Shown: one piece after another, positions 42,745 to 44,640 of the stretch
How positions within the stretch are numbered: position 1 is the first letter of the stretch
How the letters are laid out: each line of letters opens with the position of its first letter
Assembly: GCA_016282395.1 (NCBI GenBank)
Contig: JAEEKL010000256.1
Span: 1-44,640, forward strand
Reading direction: 5' to 3'
DNA length: 44,640 nt
Source: Bacteroidales bacterium
GTDB lineage: Bacteria > Bacteroidota > Bacteroidia > Bacteroidales > WCHB1-69
The notes under the pieces: model-generated
Seen by the model: the letters and a program-made list of their open reading frames with translations, nothing else
The model's database searches: none
Told to the model about the DNA's origin: nothing
Position numbers and translations under genes: made by a program

Positions 42745-43497
42745 TCACGCTTTCGTCTGGTTCGCGACACCGTCCTGCTTGGCTTTCAGTTCTTCATCAG
42801 AGAGACCGAGGTAACGGTCGCTGACCACCTGCATCTCGTTGTCGAGTTCCAGCAGATAGGGCACGCCAGTGGGGATGTTGAGTTTCACAATATCCTCGTT
42901 TGACATGTTTTTCATGAACTTGATGATACCGCGGATACTGTTGCCGTGCGCCACGACCAGCACTTGTTTGTACTGGCGCAATGATTCCACGATGTTGACG
43001 TTCCACAACGGGATGATGCGCTTGGTGGCGTCCATCAGCGATTCGGTGGCGGGGCGGGCGGCTTTGAATTTGATGTCTTGGTAGCGGATGTCAAATTTCG
43101 GGTGGCGCGGGTCGTCGTCGGCCAGCGGTTCGGGCTCCACGTCATAACTGCGGCGCCACTTGTTGACTTGCTCTTCTCCGTAAACGGACACGGCCTCCTT
43201 CTTGTTCTGTCCCTGCAACGCACCGTAGTGCTTCTCGTTCAGCCGCCAGGTCTTATATACAGGCAGCCACATCCGGTCCATCTCCTCCTGCACATAGTTC
43301 AGCGTTTTGATGGCGCGTTTCAGGAACGAGGTGTAGGTGTAGCGGATGTCCAGCCCCGGTTCGTCGCGCAGGATGCGGCCCGCCTGCTTCGCCTCCTCGA
43401 TGCCCTGCGGCGTGAGATCCACATCCGTCCAGCCCGTGAACTGGTTCGACAGATTCCATTCGCTTTGTCCGTGTCTTATCAATATGAGTTTGTACAT
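42745..43497 (-). CDS. gpmA: 2,3-bisphosphoglycerate-dependent phosphoglycerate mutase
   Basis: LIRHGQSEWN (catalytic His) is present and the full 250-aa body is dPGM-like. Confidence 0.96.
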   Translation of the reverse strand: MYKLILIRHGQSEWNLSNQFTGWTDVDLTPQGIEEAKQAGRILRDEPGLDIRYTYTSFLKRAIKTLNYVQEEMDRMWLPVYKTWRLNEKHYGALQGQNKKEAVSVYGEEQVNKWRRSYDVEPEPLADDDPRHPKFDIRYQDIKFKAARPATESLMDATKRIIPLWNVNIVESLRQYKQVLVVAHGNSIRGIIKFMKNMSNEDIVKLNIPTGVPYLLELDNEMQVVSDRYLGLSDEELKAKQDGVANQTKA

Positions 43498-43507
43498 TCT
43501 TTTATAA

Positions 43508-43549
43508 TGGTTATTGGTTATGGGTTATGGGTTATTGAAGCTTGTGGTT
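43508..43549. repeat. GGTTATK heptad element (TGGTTAT TGGTTAT GGGTTAT GGGTTAT TGAAGCT TGTGGTT)
   Basis: Begins 10 nt from the gpmA start codon and shares the flanks TTTATAA...TGAAGCT with 43943-43977. Confidence 0.85.
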
Positions 43550-43591
43550 AGTGAATTGACTTTTCATCTTTCTTCATCGTCCGGCATCGTC

Positions 43592-43936
43592 CTACAGTTT
43601 GTTTTCCCTATTCGGGAAGACGATTGTCGGTTTGAAACGCTTGGCCTCTTCGAAGTCCATGGAGGCGTAGGAGATGATGACCACGACATCGCCGACGGCG
43701 GCTTTGCGGGCGGCGGGACCGTTCAGACAGATCACACCGGAATCTTTCGCCCCCTTGATGACGTAGGTTTCCAGCCGTTCGCCGTTGTTGACGTTCAGCA
43801 CCTGCACTTTCTCGTTCTCGATCATGTTGGCGGCTTCCATCAACGTTTCGTCGATGGTGATGCTGCCCACGTAGTTCAGATTCGCCTCCGTGACGGTGGC
43901 CTTGTGTATTTTCGATTTCAGGACTTCTATGTTCAT
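43592..43936 (-). CDS. panD: aspartate 1-decarboxylase proenzyme
   Basis: 114 aa. [23 protein letters not shown] contains the Gly-Ser self-cleavage site. Confidence 0.95.
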   Translation of the reverse strand: MNIEVLKSKIHKATVTEANLNYVGSITIDETLMEAANMIENEKVQVLNVNNGERLETYVIKGAKDSGVICLNGPAARKAAVGDVVVIISYASMDFEEAKRFKPTIVFPNRENKL

Positions 43937-43942
43937 TTTATA

Positions 43943-43977
43943 ATGGTTATGGGTTATAGGTTATTGGTTATTGAAGC
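43943..43977. repeat. GGTTATK heptad element (TGGTTAT GGGTTAT AGGTTAT TGGTTAT TGAAGCT)
   Basis: Begins 6 nt from the panD start codon. Confidence 0.85.
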
Positions 43978-44037
43978 TAATGATATAAGGTTAGGGGGTA
44001 ATAGCTTAAAGATTAGAGATTATCGGTTTGCAAGTTT

Positions 44038-44061
44038 AGAGACGTTTCCTGAAACGTCTCT
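44038..44061 (-). other. perfect 11-bp-stem palindrome AGAGACGTTTC-CT-GAAACGTCTCT between panC and panD
   Basis: Read directly from the sequence, 23 nt after the panC stop. There is no clear U-tract on the - strand. Confidence 0.5.
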
Positions 44062-44084
44062 ACAGGACAAATAATAGGCTATAG

Positions 44085-44640
44085 CTAATACTTCACGTTG
44101 TCGATGAGTCGCACCGGCCCTACATACACCGTGATGAATCCCATCACGCCGTTAGGGTTGTCGAGAGTGTCGGCGGTGAGTAGCGTTTTTGCATCGGCGA
44201 TTTCGAAGTAGTCGAGCTGGAATTCGGGGATTTTGGCGATTTCCGATTCCACGAACTGTTGGATTTCCGGCACGCTCTTGCACTGCTTGGATGCTTCGAG
44301 GATGCGGTGGATGTTGGCTGCGGTCTCGAATTCGTGGGCCGAGAGACGGCGGTTGCGGGAACTCATGGCCAGACCGTTGGGCTCGCGCACGATAGGGCAG
44401 GGGACGATTTCGGCAAGGATGCGGCACTGGGCGCACATCTCCCGGATGACAGCAATCTGCTGGTAGTCTTTCTCCCCGAAGTAGGCCTTGTGCGGGCGTA
44501 CCCATTCGAGCAGGCGGCGCACGATGACACCCACACCGTTGAAATGTCCCGGGCGGGCGGCGCCTTCCATCACGTTGGCCACGGTGCCGAAGTCATAGAC
44601 CTCGGTGGGCGCGACGGGGAAGACTTCCTCCACAGAGGGC
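44085..44640 (-). CDS. panC: pantoate--beta-alanine ligase, C-terminal part (N-terminus lies right of the window)
   Basis: ...MEGAARPGHFNGVGVIVRRLLEWVRPHKAYFGEKDYQQ...SSRN is PanC. The reading frame stays open to the window edge. Confidence 0.9.
   Translation of the reverse strand, partial: PSVEEVFPVAPTEVYDFGTVANVMEGAARPGHFNGVGVIVRRLLEWVRPHKAYFGEKDYQQIAVIREMCAQCRILAEIVPCPIVREPNGLAMSSRNRRLSAHEFETAANIHRILEASKQCKSVPEIQQFVESEIAKIPEFQLDYFEIADAKTLLTADTLDNPNGVMGFITVYVGPVRLIDNVKY

Noticed and set aside
43514-44074. A 186-aa + strand ORF starting MVMGYGLL
   Set aside because: It starts inside the heptad element, runs antisense through panD, and contains a second element-derived [12 protein letters not shown]. 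It is an artefact of the ATG-containing repeat.
1-44640. Prophage, ICE, transposon or defence island
   Set aside because: No integrase, transposase, relaxase, phage structural gene, restriction-modification, Cas or other recognisable defence gene was found in any frame. The only candidate accessory DNA is the lower-GC sigma block and the GxxExxY cassette.

Overview
This is a 44.6-kb chromosomal segment of a Bacteroidota genome, probably Prevotellaceae (Prevotella/Segatella-like). That placement is an inference from four things: TAnnTTTG -7 promoter boxes in front of most transcription units, A-rich leaders without Shine-Dalgarno sequences, a T9SS C-terminal sorting domain, and DUF4249/DUF4199/DUF5103/FISUMP/BT_3928-type gene content.

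I support about 40 protein-coding genes, mostly housekeeping:
- The rsfS-ftsH-LUD-cdsA operon, followed by an Omp85-like OMP, folC and an LpxL-like acyltransferase.
- fumC, a porin-like OMP and speB.
- A 1133-aa Kgp-like C25 (gingipain-family) protease with a T9SS sorting tail, followed by a DUF1599 gene and a BT_3928-like gene.
- prmC, radC and an orphan DUF58 gene.
- A lower-GC block holding an ECF sigma factor and two uncharacterised secreted proteins, next to a DUF5103 (T9SS plug-like) gene and a FISUMP-domain gene.
- A GT2/DUF4199/mce string, then an ICMT/PEMT-family methyltransferase, rplS, an AI-2E transporter and a GH78 rhamnosidase.
- A GxxExxY nuclease-fold gene, pepD, ffh, a broken msrA, a GH114-like lipoprotein and a YqiA-like esterase.
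- gpmA, panD and panC (partial), plus a partial M20 peptidase at the left edge.

I saw no rRNA, tRNA, CRISPR array, integrase or transposase, and no recognisable defence or toxin system.

The structure that the gene list does not explain is in the spacers:
1. Tandem tracts with a strict 7-bp period fill many intergenic and intercistronic spacers. There are several sequence classes: GGTTATK, CAAAGTT, RGCnnnn and TTATGAA.
2. The GGTTAT class has conserved flanks and sits directly against the start codons of fumC, the GT2 gene, gpmA and panD. In inverted orientation, one copy supplies the folC stop codon and the start codon plus first 12 codons of the Omp85-like gene.
3. A 70-nt pure C/A leader, (CAAAACAAA)n, precedes a small Cys-containing secreted protein downstream of an ECF sigma gene that has no adjacent anti-sigma gene.
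4. A pair of 64-65-bp hairpin-forming direct repeats lies next to the GxxExxY gene.
5. msrA is a pseudogene with two lesions.

All family assignments come from motifs I recognise by eye. No searches were run.
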